Below, one piece after another: positions 24,601 through 38,000 of a DNA stretch of 64,000 nt. The notes beneath the pieces are model-generated. The model was not told where the DNA came from and ran no database searches. It was given only the letters and a program-made list of their open reading frames with translations. The translations under genes were made by a program, and so were the position numbers. How positions within the stretch are numbered: the stretch's first letter is position 1; every line of letters starts with the position of its first letter. The stretch comes from Auanema rhodensis (taxonomy: Eukaryota; Animalia; Nematoda), in assembly GCA_964057225.1 (NCBI GenBank), contig OZ059898.1, forward strand, positions 21,142,001 to 21,206,000, written 5' to 3'.

Positions 24601-27600
24601 GCTAATTAAATGTACACGTGATGTGCACTTGGTATGTAACTCGCTTCACGTGAAAGATAAAGAGATGCGGTTTTCAAAATTAGATTCCCCATGTCCATAT
24701 TAGTCTAAAAACAAATTTTTATTGATATTGGTTCATGGTAACCATGACTTTGAAATTAACGTGAACTTTGATTTATGCTAATTAAATGTACACGTGATGT
24801 GCACTTGGTATGTAACTCGCTTCACGTGAAAGATAAAGAGATGCGGTTTTCAAAATTAGATTCCCCATGTCCATATTAGTCTAAAAACAAATTTTTATTG
24901 ATATTGGTGCATGGTAACCATGACTTTGAAATTTACGTGAACTTTAATTTATGCTAATTAAATGTACACGTGATGTGCACTTGGTATGTAACTCGCTTCA
25001 CGTGAAAGATAAAGAGATGCGGTTTTCAAAATTAGATTCCCCATGTCCATATTAGTCTAAAAACAAATTTTTATTGATATTGGTGCATGGTAACCATGAC
25101 TTTGAAATTTACGTGAACTTTAATTTATGCTAATTAAATGTACACGTGATGTGCACTTGGTATGTAACTCGCTTCACGTGAAAGATGAAGAGATGCTGTT
25201 TTCAAAATTAGATTCCCCATGTCCATATTAGTCTAAAAACAAAATTTTATTGATATTGGTGCATGGTAACCATGACTTTGAAATTTACGTGAACTTTAAT
25301 TTATGCTAATTAAATGTACACGTGATGTGCACTTGGTATGTAACTCGCTTCACGTGAAAGATAAAGAGATGCGGTTTTCAAAATTAGATTCCCCATGTCC
25401 ATATTAGTCTAAAAACAAATTTTTATTGATATTGGTTCATGGTAACCATGACTTTGAAATTTACGTGAACTTTAATTTATGCTAATTAAATGTACACGTG
25501 ATGTGCACTTGGTATGTAACTCGCTTCACGTGAAAGATAAAGAGATGCGGTTTTCAAAATTAGATTCCGCATGTCCATATTAGTCTAAAAATAAATTTTT
25601 ATTGATATTGCTTCATGGTAACCATGACTTTGAAATTTACGTGAACTTTAATTTATGCTAATTAAATGTACACGTGATGTGCACTTGGTATGTAACTCGC
25701 TTCACGTGAAAGATAAAGAGATGCGGTTTTCAAAATTAGATTCCCCATGTCCATATTAGTCTAAAAACAAATTTTTATTGATATTGGTTCATGGTAACCA
25801 TGACTTTGAAATTTACGTGAACTTTAATTTATGCTAATTAAATGTACACGTGATGTGCACTTGGTATGTAACTCGCTTCACGTGAAAGATAAAGAGATGC
25901 GGTTTTCAAAATTAGATTCCCCATGTCCATATTAGTCTAAAAGAAATTTTTATTGATATTGCTTCATGGTAACCATGACTTTGAAATTTACGTGAACTTT
26001 AATTTATGCTAATTAAATGTACACGTGATGTGCACTTGGTATGTAACTCGCTTCACGTGAAAGATAAAGAGATGCGGTTTTCAAAATTAGATTTCCCATG
26101 TCCATATTAGTCTAAAACAAATTTTTATTGATATTGGTTCATGGTAACCATGACTTTGAAATTTACGTGAACTTTAATTTATGCTAATTAAATGTACACG
26201 TGATGTGCACTTGGTATGTAACTCGCTTCACGTGAAAGATAAAGAGATGCGGTTTTCAAAATTAGATTCCCCATGTCCATATTAGTCTAAAAGAAATTTT
26301 TATTGATATTGCTTCATGGTAACCATGACTTTGAAATTTACGTGAACTTTAATTTATGCTAATTAAATGTACACGTGATGTGCACTTGGTATGTAACTCG
26401 CTTCACGTGAAAGATAAAGAGATGCGGTTTTCAAAATTAGATTCCCCATGTCCATATTAGTCTAAAAGAAATTTTTATTGATATTGCTTCATGGTAACCA
26501 TGACTTTGAAATTTACGTGAACTTTAATTTATGCTAATTAAATGTACACGTGATGTGCACTTGGTATGTAACTCGCTTCACGTGAAAGATAAAAAGATGC
26601 GGTTTTCAAAATTAGATTCCCCATGTCCATATTAGTCTAAAAACAAATTTTTATTGATATTGGTTCATGGTAACCATGACTTTGAAATTTACGTGAACTT
26701 TAATTTATGCTAATTAAATGTACACGTGATGTGCACTTGGTATGTAACTCGCTTCACGTGAAAGATAAAGAGATGCGGTTTTCAAAATTAGATTCCCCAT
26801 GTCCATATTAGTCTAAAAGAAATTTTTATTGATATTGCTTCATGGTAACCATGACTTTGAAATTTACGTGAACTTTAATTTATGCTAATTAAATGTACAC
26901 GTGATGTGCACTTGGTATGTAACTCGCTTCACGTGAAAGATAAAGAGATGCGGTTTTCAAAATTAGATTCCCCATGTCCATATTAGTCTAAAAACAAATT
27001 TTTATTGATATTGGTTCATGGTAACCATGACTTTGAAATTTACGTGAACTTTAATTTATGCTAATTAAATGTACACGTGATGTGCACTTGGTATGTAACT
27101 CGCTTCACGTGAAAGATAAAGAGATGCGGTTTTCAAAATTAGATTCCCCATGTCCATATTAGTCTAAAAACAAATTTTTATTGATATTGGTTCATGGTAA
27201 CCATGACTTTGAAATTTACGTGAACTTTAATTTATGCTAATTAAATGTACACGTGATGTGCACTTGGTATGTAACTCGCTTCACGTGAAAGATAAAGAGA
27301 TGCGGTTTTCAAAATTAGATCCCCCATGTCCATATTAGTCTAAAAACAAATTTTTATTGATATTGGTGCATGGTAACCATGACTTTGAAATTTACGTGAA
27401 CTTTAATTTATGCTAATTAAATGTACACGTGATGTGCACTTGGTATGTAACTCGCTTCACGTGAAAGATAAAGAGATGCGGTTTTCAAAATTAGATTCCC
27501 CATGTCCATATTAGTCTAAAAACAAATTTTTATTGATATTGCTTCATGGTAACCATGACTTTGAAATTTACGTGAACTTTAATTTATGCTAATTAAATGT

Positions 27601-29903
27601 ACACGTGATGTGCACTTGGTATGTAACTCGCTTCACGTGAAAGATAAAGAGATGCGGTTTTCAAAATTAGATTTCCCATGTCCATATTAGTCTAAAACAA
27701 ATTTTTATTGATATTGGTTCATGGTAACCATGACTTTGAAATTTACGTGAACTTTAATTTATGCTAATTAAATGTACACGTGATGTGCACTTGGTATGTA
27801 ACTCGCTTCACGTGAAAGATAAAGAGATGCGGTTTTCAAAATTAGATTCCCCATGTCCATATTAGTCTAAAAGAAATTTTTATTGATATTGCTTCATGGT
27901 AACCATGACTTTGAAATTTACGTGAACTTTAATTTATGCTAATTAAATGTACACGTGATGTGCACTTGGTATGTAACTCGCTTCACGTGAAAGATAAAAA
28001 GATGCGGTTTTCAAAATTAGATTCCCCATGTCCATATTAGTCTAAAAACAAATTTTTATTGATATTGCTTCATGGTAACCATGACTTTGAAATTTACGTG
28101 AACTTTAATTTATGCTAATTAAATGTACACGTGATGTGCACTTGGTATGTAACTCGCTTCACGTGAAAGATAAAAAGATGCGGTTTTCAAAATTAGATTC
28201 CCCATGTCCATATTAGTCTAAAAACAAATTTTTATTGATATTGGTTCATGGTAACCATGACTTTGAAATTTACGTGAACTTTAATTTATGCTAATTAAAT
28301 GTACACGTGATGTGCACTTGGTATGTAACTCGCTTCACGTGAAAGATAAAGAGATGCGGTTTTCAAAATTAGATTCCCCATGTCCATATTAGTCTAAAAA
28401 CAAATTTTTATTGATATTGCTTCATGGTAACCATGACTTTGAAATTTACGTGAACTTTAATTTATGCTAATTAAATGTACACGTGATGTGCACTTGGTAT
28501 GTAACTCGCTTCACGTGAAAGATAAAGAGATGCGGTTTTCAAAATTAGATTTCCCATGTCCATATTAGTCTAAAAACAAATTTTTATTGATATTGGTTCA
28601 TGGTAACCATGACTTTGAAATTTACGTGAACTTTAATTTATGCTAATTAAATGTACACGTGATGTGCACTTGGTATGTAACTCGCTTCACGTGAAAGATA
28701 AAGAGATGCGGTTTTCAAAATTAGATTCCCCATGTCCATATTAGTCTAAAAGAAATTTTTATTGATATTGCTTCATGGTAACCATGACTTTGAAATTTAC
28801 GTGAACTTTAATTTATGCTAATTAAATGTACACGTGATGTGCACTTGGTATGTAACTCGCTTCACGTGAAAGATAAAGAGATGCGGTTTTCAAAATTAGA
28901 TTTCCCATGTCCATATTAGTCTAAAAACAAATTTTTATTGATATTGGTTCATGGTAACCATGACTTTGAAATTTACGTGAACTTTAATTTATGCTAATTA
29001 AATGTACACGTGATGTGCACTTGGTATGTAACTCGCTTCACGTGAAAGGTAAAGAGATGCGGTTTTCAAAATTAGATTCCCCATGTCCATATTAGTCTAA
29101 AAGAAATTTTTATTGATATTGCTTCATGGTAACCATGACTTTGAAATTTACGTGAACTTTAATTTATGCTAATTAAATGTACACGTGATGTGCACTTGGT
29201 ATGTAACTCGCTTCACGTGAAAGATAAAGAGATGCGGTTTTCAAAATTAGATTCCCCATGTCCATATTAGTCTAAAAGAAATTTTTATTGATATTGCTTC
29301 ATGGTAACCATGACTTTGAAATTTACGTGAACTTTAATTTATGCTAATTAAATGTACACGTGATGTGCACTTGGTATGTAACTCGCTTCACGTGAAAGAT
29401 AAAGAGATGCGGTTTTCAAAATTAGATTCCCCATGTCCATATTAGTCTAAAAACAAATTTTTATTGATATTGCTTCATGGTAACCATGACTTTGAAATTT
29501 ACGTGAACTTTAATTTATGCTAATTAAATGTACACGTGATGTGCACTTGGTATGTAACTCGCTTCACGTGAAAGATAAAGAGATGCGGTTTTCAAAATTA
29601 GATTTCCCATGTCCATATTAGTCTAAAAACAAATTTTTATTGATATTGGTTCATGGTAACCATGACTTTGAAATTTACGTGAACTTTAATTTATGCTAAT
29701 TAAATGTACACGTGATGTGCACTTGGTATGTAACTCGCTTCACGTGAAAGATAAAGAGATGCGGTTTTCAAAATTAGATTCCCCATGTCCATATTAGTCT
29801 AAAAGAAATTTTTATTGATATTGCTTCATGGTAACCATGACTTTGAAATTTACGTGAACTTTAATTTATGCTAATTAAATGTACACGTGATGTGCACTTG
29901 GTA

Positions 29904-32015
29904 TGTAACTCGCTTCACGTGAAAGATAAAGAGATGCGGTTTTCAAAATTAGATTCCCCATGTCCATATTAGTCTAAAAACAAATTTTTATTGATATTGG
30001 TTCATGGTAACTATGACTTTGAAATTTACGTGAACTTTAATTTATGCTAATTAAATGTACACGTGATGTGCACTAGGTATGTAACTCGCTTCACGTGAAA
30101 GATAAAGAGATGCGGTTTTCAAAATTAGATTCCCCATGTCCTTATTAGTCTAAAAACAAATTTTTATTGATATTGGTTCATGGTAACTATGACTTTGAAA
30201 TTTACGTGAACTTTAATTTATGCTAATTAAATGTACACGTGATGTGCACTAGGTATGTAACTCGCTTCACGTGAAAGATAAAGAGATGCGGTTTTCAAAA
30301 TTAGATTCCCCATGTCCTTATTAGTCTAAAAACAAATTTTTATTGATATTGGTGCATGGTAACCATGACTTTGAAATTTACGTGAACTTTAATTTATGCT
30401 AATTAAATGTACACGTGATGTGCACTTGGTATGTAACTCGCTTCACGTGAAAGATAAAAAGATGCGGTTTTCAAAATTAGATTCCCCATGTCCATATTAG
30501 TCTAAAAACAAATTTTTATTGATATTGCTTCATGGTAACCATGACTTTGAAATTTACGTGAACTTTAATTTATGCTAATTAAATGTACACGTGATGTGCA
30601 CTTGGTATGTAACTCGCTTCACGTGAAAGATAAAAAGATGCGGTTTCCAAAATTAGATTCCCCATGTCCATATTAGTCTAAAAACAAATTTTTATTGATA
30701 TTGCTTCATGGTAACCATGACTTTGAAATTTACGTGAACTTTAATTTATGCTAATTAAATGTACACGTGATGTGCACTTGGTATGTAACTCGCTTCACGT
30801 GAAAGATAAAGAGATGCGGTTTTCGAAATTAGATTCCCCATGTCCATATTAGTCTAAAAACAAATTTTTATTGATATTGGTTTATGGTAACCATGACTTT
30901 GAAATTTACGTGAACTTTAATTTATGCTAATTAAATGTACACGTGATGTGCACTTGGTATGTAACTCGCTTCACGTGAAAGATAAAGAGATGCGGTTTTC
31001 AAAATTAGATTCCCCATGTCCATATTAGTCTAAAAACAAATTTTTATTGATATTGGTTCATGGTAACTATGACTTTGAAATTTACGTGAACTTTAATTTA
31101 TGCTAATTAAATGTACACGTGATGTGCACTAGGTATGTAACTCGCTTCACGTGAAAGATAAAGAGATGCGGTTTTCAAAATTAGATTCCCCATGTCCTTA
31201 TTAGTCTAAAAACAAATTTTTATTGATATTGGTTCATGGTAACTATGACTTTGAAATTTACGTGAACTTTAATTTATGCTAATTAAATGTACACGTGATG
31301 TGCACTAGGTATGTAACTCGCTTCACGTGAAAGATAAAGAGATGCGGTTTTCAAAATTAGATTCCCCATGTCCTTATTAGTCTAAAAACAAATTTTTATT
31401 GATATTGGTGCATGGTAACCATGACTTTGAAATTTACGTGAACTTTAATTTATGCTAATTAAATGTACACGTGATGTGCACTTGGTATGTAACTCGCTTC
31501 ACGTGAAAGATAAAAAGATGCGGTTTTCAAAATTAGATTCCCCATGTCCATATTAGTCTAAAAACAAATTTTTATTGATATTGCTTCATGGTAACCATGA
31601 CTTTGAAATTTACGTGAACTTTAATTTATGCTAATTAAATGTACACGTGATGTGCACTTGGTATGTAACTCGCTTCACGTGAAAGATAAAAAGATGCGGT
31701 TTCCAAAATTAGATTCCCCATGTCCATATTAGTCTAAAAACAAATTTTTATTGATATTGCTTCATGGTAACCATGACTTTGAAATTTACGTGAACTTTAA
31801 TTTATGCTAATTAAATGTACACGTGATGTGCACTTGGTATGTAACTCGCTTCACGTGAAAGATAAAGAGATGCGGTTTTCGAAATTAGATTCCCCATGTC
31901 CATATTAGTCTAAAAACAAATTTTTATTGATATTGGTTTATGGTAACCATGACTTTGAAATTTACGTGAACTTTAATTTATGCTAATTAAATGTACACGT
32001 GATGTGCACTTGGTA
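29904..32015. repeat. Tandem duplication of a 6-monomer (1056-bp) unit; related partial third copy at ~32896-33775
   Basis: C109T, T172A, A63T, G28A+G97C, T40C and A42G+C100T recur in the same order from 29904 and from 30960. Confidence 0.92.
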
Positions 32016-35000
32016 TGTAACTCGCTTCACGTGAAAGATAAAGAGATGCGGTTTTCAAAATTAGATTCCCCATGTCCATATTAGTCTAAAAACAAATTTT
32101 TATTGATATTGGTGCATGGTAACCATGACTTTGAAATTTACGTGAACTTTAATTTATGCTAATTAAATGTACACGTGATGTGCACTTGGTATGTAACTCG
32201 CTTCACGTGAAAGATAAAGAGATGCGGTTTTCAAAATTAGATTCCCCATGTCCATATTAGTCTAAAAACAAATTTTTATTGATATTGGTTCATGGTAACC
32301 ATGACTTTGAAATTTACGTGAACTTTAATTTATGCTAATTAAATGTACACGTGATGTGCACTTGGTATGTAACTCGCTTCACGTGAAAGATAAAGAGATG
32401 CGGTTTTCAAAATTAGATTCCCCATGTCCATATTAGTCTAAAAACAAATTTTTATTGATATTGGTTCATGGTAACCATGACTTTGAAATTTACGTGAACT
32501 TTAATTTATGCTAATTAAATGTACACGTGATGTGCACTTGGTATGTAACTCGCTTCACGTGAAAGATAAAGAGATGCGGTTTTCAAAATTAGATTCCCCA
32601 TGTCCATATTAGTCTAAAAACAAATTTTTATTGATATTGGTTCATGGTAACCATGACTTTGAAATTTACGTGAACTTTAATTTATGCTAATTAAATGTAC
32701 ACGTGATGTGCACTTGGTATGTAACTCGCTTCACGTGAAAGATAAAGAGATGCGGTTTTCAAAATTAGATTCCCCATGTCCTTATTAGTCTAAAAACAAA
32801 TTTTTATTGATATTGGTGCATGGTAACCATGACTTTGAAATTTACGTGAACTTTAATTTATGCTAATTAAATGTACACGTGATGTGCACTTGGTATGTAA
32901 CTCGCTTCACGTGAAAGATAAAAAGATGCGGTTTTCAAAATTAGATTCCCCATGTCCATATTAGTCTAAAAACAAATTTTTATTGATATTGGTTCATGGT
33001 AACTATGACTTTGAAATTTACGTGAACTTTAATTTATGCTAATTAAATGTACACGTGATGTGCACTAGGTATGTAACTCGCTTCACGTGAAAGATAAAGA
33101 GATGCGGTTTTCAAAATTAGATTCCCCATGTCCTTATTAGTCTAAAAACAAATTTTTATTGATATTGGTGCATGGTAACCATGACTTTGAAATTTACGTG
33201 AACTTTAATTTATGCTAATTAAATGTACACGTGATGTGCACTTGGTATGTAACTCGCTTCACGTGAAAGATAAAAAGATGCGGTTTTCAAAATTAGATTC
33301 CCCATGTCCATATTAGTCTAAAAACAAATTTTTATTGATATTGCTTCATGGTAACCATGACTTTGAAATTTACGTGAACTTTAATTTATGCTAATTAAAT
33401 GTACACGTGATGTGCACTTGGTATGTAACTCGCTTCACGTGAAAGATAAAAAGATGCGGTTTTCAAAATTAGATTCCCCATGTCCATATTAGTCTAAAAA
33501 CAAATTTTTATTGATATTGCTTCATGGTAACCATGACTTTGAAATTTACGTGAACTTTAATTTATGCTAATTAAATGTACACGTGATGTGCACTTGGTAT
33601 GTAACTCGCTTCACGTGAAAGATAAAGAGATGCGGTTTTCGAAATTAGATTCCCCATGTCCATATTAGTCTAAAAACAAATTTTTATTGATATTGGTTTA
33701 TGGTAACCATGACTTTGAAATTTACGTGAACTTTAATTTATGCTAATTAAATGTACACGTGATGTGCACTTGGTATGTAACTCGCTTCACGTGAAAGATA
33801 AAGAGATGCGGTTTTCAAAATTAGATTCCCCATGTCCATATTAGTCTAAAAACAAATTTTTATTGATATTGGTGCATGGTAACCATGACTTTGAAATTTA
33901 CGTGAACTTTAATTTATGCTAATTAAATGTACACGTGATGTGCACTTGGTATGTAACTCGCTTCACGTGAAAGATAAAGAGATGCGGTTTTCAAAATTAG
34001 ATTCCCCATGTCCATATTAGTCTAAAAACAAATTTTTATTGATATTGGTTCATGGTAACCATGACTTTGAAATTTACGTGAACTTTAATTTATGCTAATT
34101 AAATGTACACGTGATGTGCACTTGGTATGTAACTCGCTTCACGTGAAAGATAAAGAGATGCGGTTTTCAAAATTAGATTCCCCATGTCCATATTAGTCTA
34201 AAAACAAATTTTTATTGATATTGGTGCATGGTAACCATGACTTTGAAATTTACGTGAACTTTAATTTATGCTAATTAAATGTACACGTGATGTGCACTTG
34301 GTATGTAACTCGCTTCACGTGAAAGATAAAGAGATGCGGTTTTCAAAATTAGATTCCCCATGTCCATATTAGTCTAAAAACAAATTTTTATTGATATTGG
34401 TTCATGGTAACCATGACTTTGAAATTTACGTGAACTTTAATTTATGCTAATTAAATGTACACGTGATGTGCACTTGGTATGTAACTCGCTTCACGTGAAA
34501 GATAAAGAGATGCGGTTTTCAAAATTAGATTCCCCATGTCCATATTAGTCTAAAAACAAATTTTTATTGATATTGGTTCATGGTAACCATGACTTTGAAA
34601 TTTACGTGAACTTTAATTTATGCTAATTAAATGTACACGTGATGTGCACTTGGTATGTAACTCGCTTCACGTGAAAGATAAAGAGATGCGGTTTTCAAAA
34701 TTAGATTCCCCATGTCCATATTAGTCTAAAAACAAATTTTTATTGATATTGGTGCATGGTAACCATGACTTTGAAATTTACGTGAACTTTAATTTATGCT
34801 AATTAAATGTACACGTGATGTGCACTTGGTATGTAACTCGCTTCACGTGAAAGATAAAGAGATGCGGTTTTCAAAATTAGATTCCCCATGTCCATATTAG
34901 TCTAAAAACAAATTTTTATTGATATTGGTTCATGGTAACCATGACTTTGAAATTTACGTGAACTTTAATTTATGCTAATTAAATGTACACGTGATGTGCA

Positions 35001-38000
35001 CTTGGTATGTAACTCGCTTCACGTGAAAGATAAAGAGATGCGGTTTTCAAAATTAGATTCCCCATGTCCATATTAGTCTAAAAACAAATTTTTATTGATA
35101 TTGGTTCATGGTAACCATGACTTTGAAATTTACGTGAACTTTAATTTATGCTAATTAAATGTACACGTGATGTGCACTTGGTATGTAACTCGCTTCACGT
35201 GAAAGATAAAGAGATGCAGTTTTCAAAATTAGATTCCCCATGTCCATATTAGTCTAAAAACAAATTTTTATTGATATTGGTTCATGGGAACCATGACTTT
35301 GAAATTTACGTGAACTTTAATTTATGCTAATTAAATGTACACGTGATGTGCACTTGGTATGTAACTCGCTTCACGTGAAAGATAAAAAGATGCGGTTTTC
35401 AAAATTAGATTCCCCATGTCCATATTAGTCTAAAAACAAATTTTTATTGATATTGGTGCATGGTAACCATGACTTTGAAATTTACGTGAACTTTAATTTA
35501 TGCTAATTAAATGTACACGTGATGTGCACTTGGTATGTAACTCGCTTCACGTGAAAGATAAAGAGATGCGGTTTTCAAAATTAGATTCCCCATGTCCATA
35601 TTAGTCTAAAAACAAATTTTTATTGATATTGGTTCATGGTAACCATGACTTTGAAATTTACGTGAACTTTAATTTATGCTAATTAAATGTACACGTGATG
35701 TGCACTTGGTATGTAACTCGCTTCACGTGAAAGATAAAGAGATGCGGTTTTCAAAATTAGATTCCCCATGTCCATATTAGTCTAAAAACAAATTTTTATT
35801 GATATTGGTTCATGGTAACCATGACTTTGAAATTTACGTGAACTTTAATTAATGCTAATTAAATGTACACGTGATGTGCACTTGGTATGTAACTCGCTTC
35901 ACGTGAAAGATAAAGAGATGCGGTTTTCAAAATTAGATTCCCCATGTCCATATTAGTCTAAAAACAAATTTTTATTGATATTGCTTCATGGTAACCATGA
36001 CTTTGAAATTTACGTGAACTTTAATTTATGCTAATTAAATGTACACGTGATGTGCACTTGGTATGTAACTCGCTTCACGTGAAAGATAAAGAGATGCGGT
36101 TTTCAAAATTAGATTTCCCATGTCCATATTAGTCTAAAAACAAATTTTTATTGATATTGGTGCATGGTAACCATGACTTTGAAATTTACGTGAACTTTAA
36201 TTTATGCTAATTAAATGTACACGTGATGTGCACTTGGTATGTAACTCGCTTCACGTGAAAGATAAAGAGATGCGGTTTTCAAAATTAGATTCCCCATGTC
36301 CATATTAGTCTAAAAACAAATTTTTATTGATATTGGTTCATGGTAACCACGACTTTGAAATTTACGTGAACTTTAATTTATGCTAATTAAATGTACACGT
36401 GATGAGCACTTGGTATGTAACTCGCTTCACGTGAAAGATAAAGAGATGCGGTTTTCAAAATTAGATTCCCCATGTCCATATTAGTCTAAAAACAAATTTT
36501 TATTGATATTGGTTCATGGTAACCATGACTTTGAAATTTACGTGAACTTTAATTAATGCTAATTAAATGTACACGTGATGTGCACTTGGTATGTAACTCG
36601 CTTCACGTGAAAGATAAAGAGATGCGGTTTTCAAAATTAGATTCCCCATGTCCATATTAGTCTAAAAACAAATTTTTATTGATATTGCTTCATGGTAACC
36701 ATGACTTTGAAATTTACGTGAACTTTAATTTATGCTAATTAAATGTACACGTGATGTGCACTTGGTATGTAACTCGCTTCACGTGAAAGATAAAGAGATG
36801 CGGTTTTCAAAATTAGATTCCCCATATCCATATTAGTCTAAAAACAAATTTTTATTGATATTGCTTCATGGTAACCATGACTTTGAAATTTACGTGAACT
36901 TTAATTTATGCTAATTAAATGTACACGTGATGTGCACTTGGTATGTAACTCGCTTCACGTGAAAGATAAAGAGATGCGGTTTTCAAAATTAGATTCCCCA
37001 TGTCCATATTAGTCTAAAAACAAATTTTTATTGATATTGGTGCATGGTAACCATGACTTTGAAATTTACGTGAACTTTAATTTATGCTAATTAAATGTAC
37101 ACGTGATGTGCACTTGGTATGTAACTCGCTTCACGTGAAAGATAAAGAGATGCGGTTTTCAAAATTAGATTCCCCATGTCCATATTAGTCTAAAAACAAA
37201 TTTTTATTGATATTGGTTCATGGTAACCATGACTTTGAAATTTACGTGAACTTTAATTTATGCTAATTAAATGTACACGTGATGTGCACTTGGTATGTAA
37301 CTCGCTTCACGTGAAAGATAAAAAGATGCGGTTTTCAAAATTAGATTCCCCATGTCCATATTAGTCTAAAAACAAATTTTTATTGATATTGGTTCATGGT
37401 AACCATGACTTTGAAATTTACGTGAACTTTAATTAATGCTAATTAAATGTACACGTGATGTGCACTTGGTATGTAACTCGCTTCACGTGAAAGATAAAGA
37501 GATGCGGTTTTCAAAATTAGATTCCCCATGTCCATATTAGTCTAAAAACAAATTTTTATTGATATTGGTTCATGGTAACCATGACTTTGAAATTTACGTG
37601 AACTTTAATTAATGCTAATTAAATGTACACGTGATGTGCACTTGGTATGTAACTCGCTTCACGTGAAAGATAAAGAGATGCGGTTTTCAAAATTAGATTC
37701 CCCATGTCCATATTAGTCTAAAAACAAATTTTTATTGATATTGGTTCATGGTAACCATGACTTTGAAATTTACGTGAACTTTAATTTATGCTAATTAAAT
37801 GTACACGTGATGTGCACTTGGTATGTAACTCGCTTCACGTGAAAGATAAAGAGATGCGGTTTTCAAAATTAGATTCCCCATGTCCATATTAGTCTAAAAA
37901 CAAATTTTTATTGATATTGGTTCATGGTAACCATGACTTTGAAATTTACGTGAACTTTAATTTATGCTAATTAAATGTACACGTGATGTGCACTTGGTAT

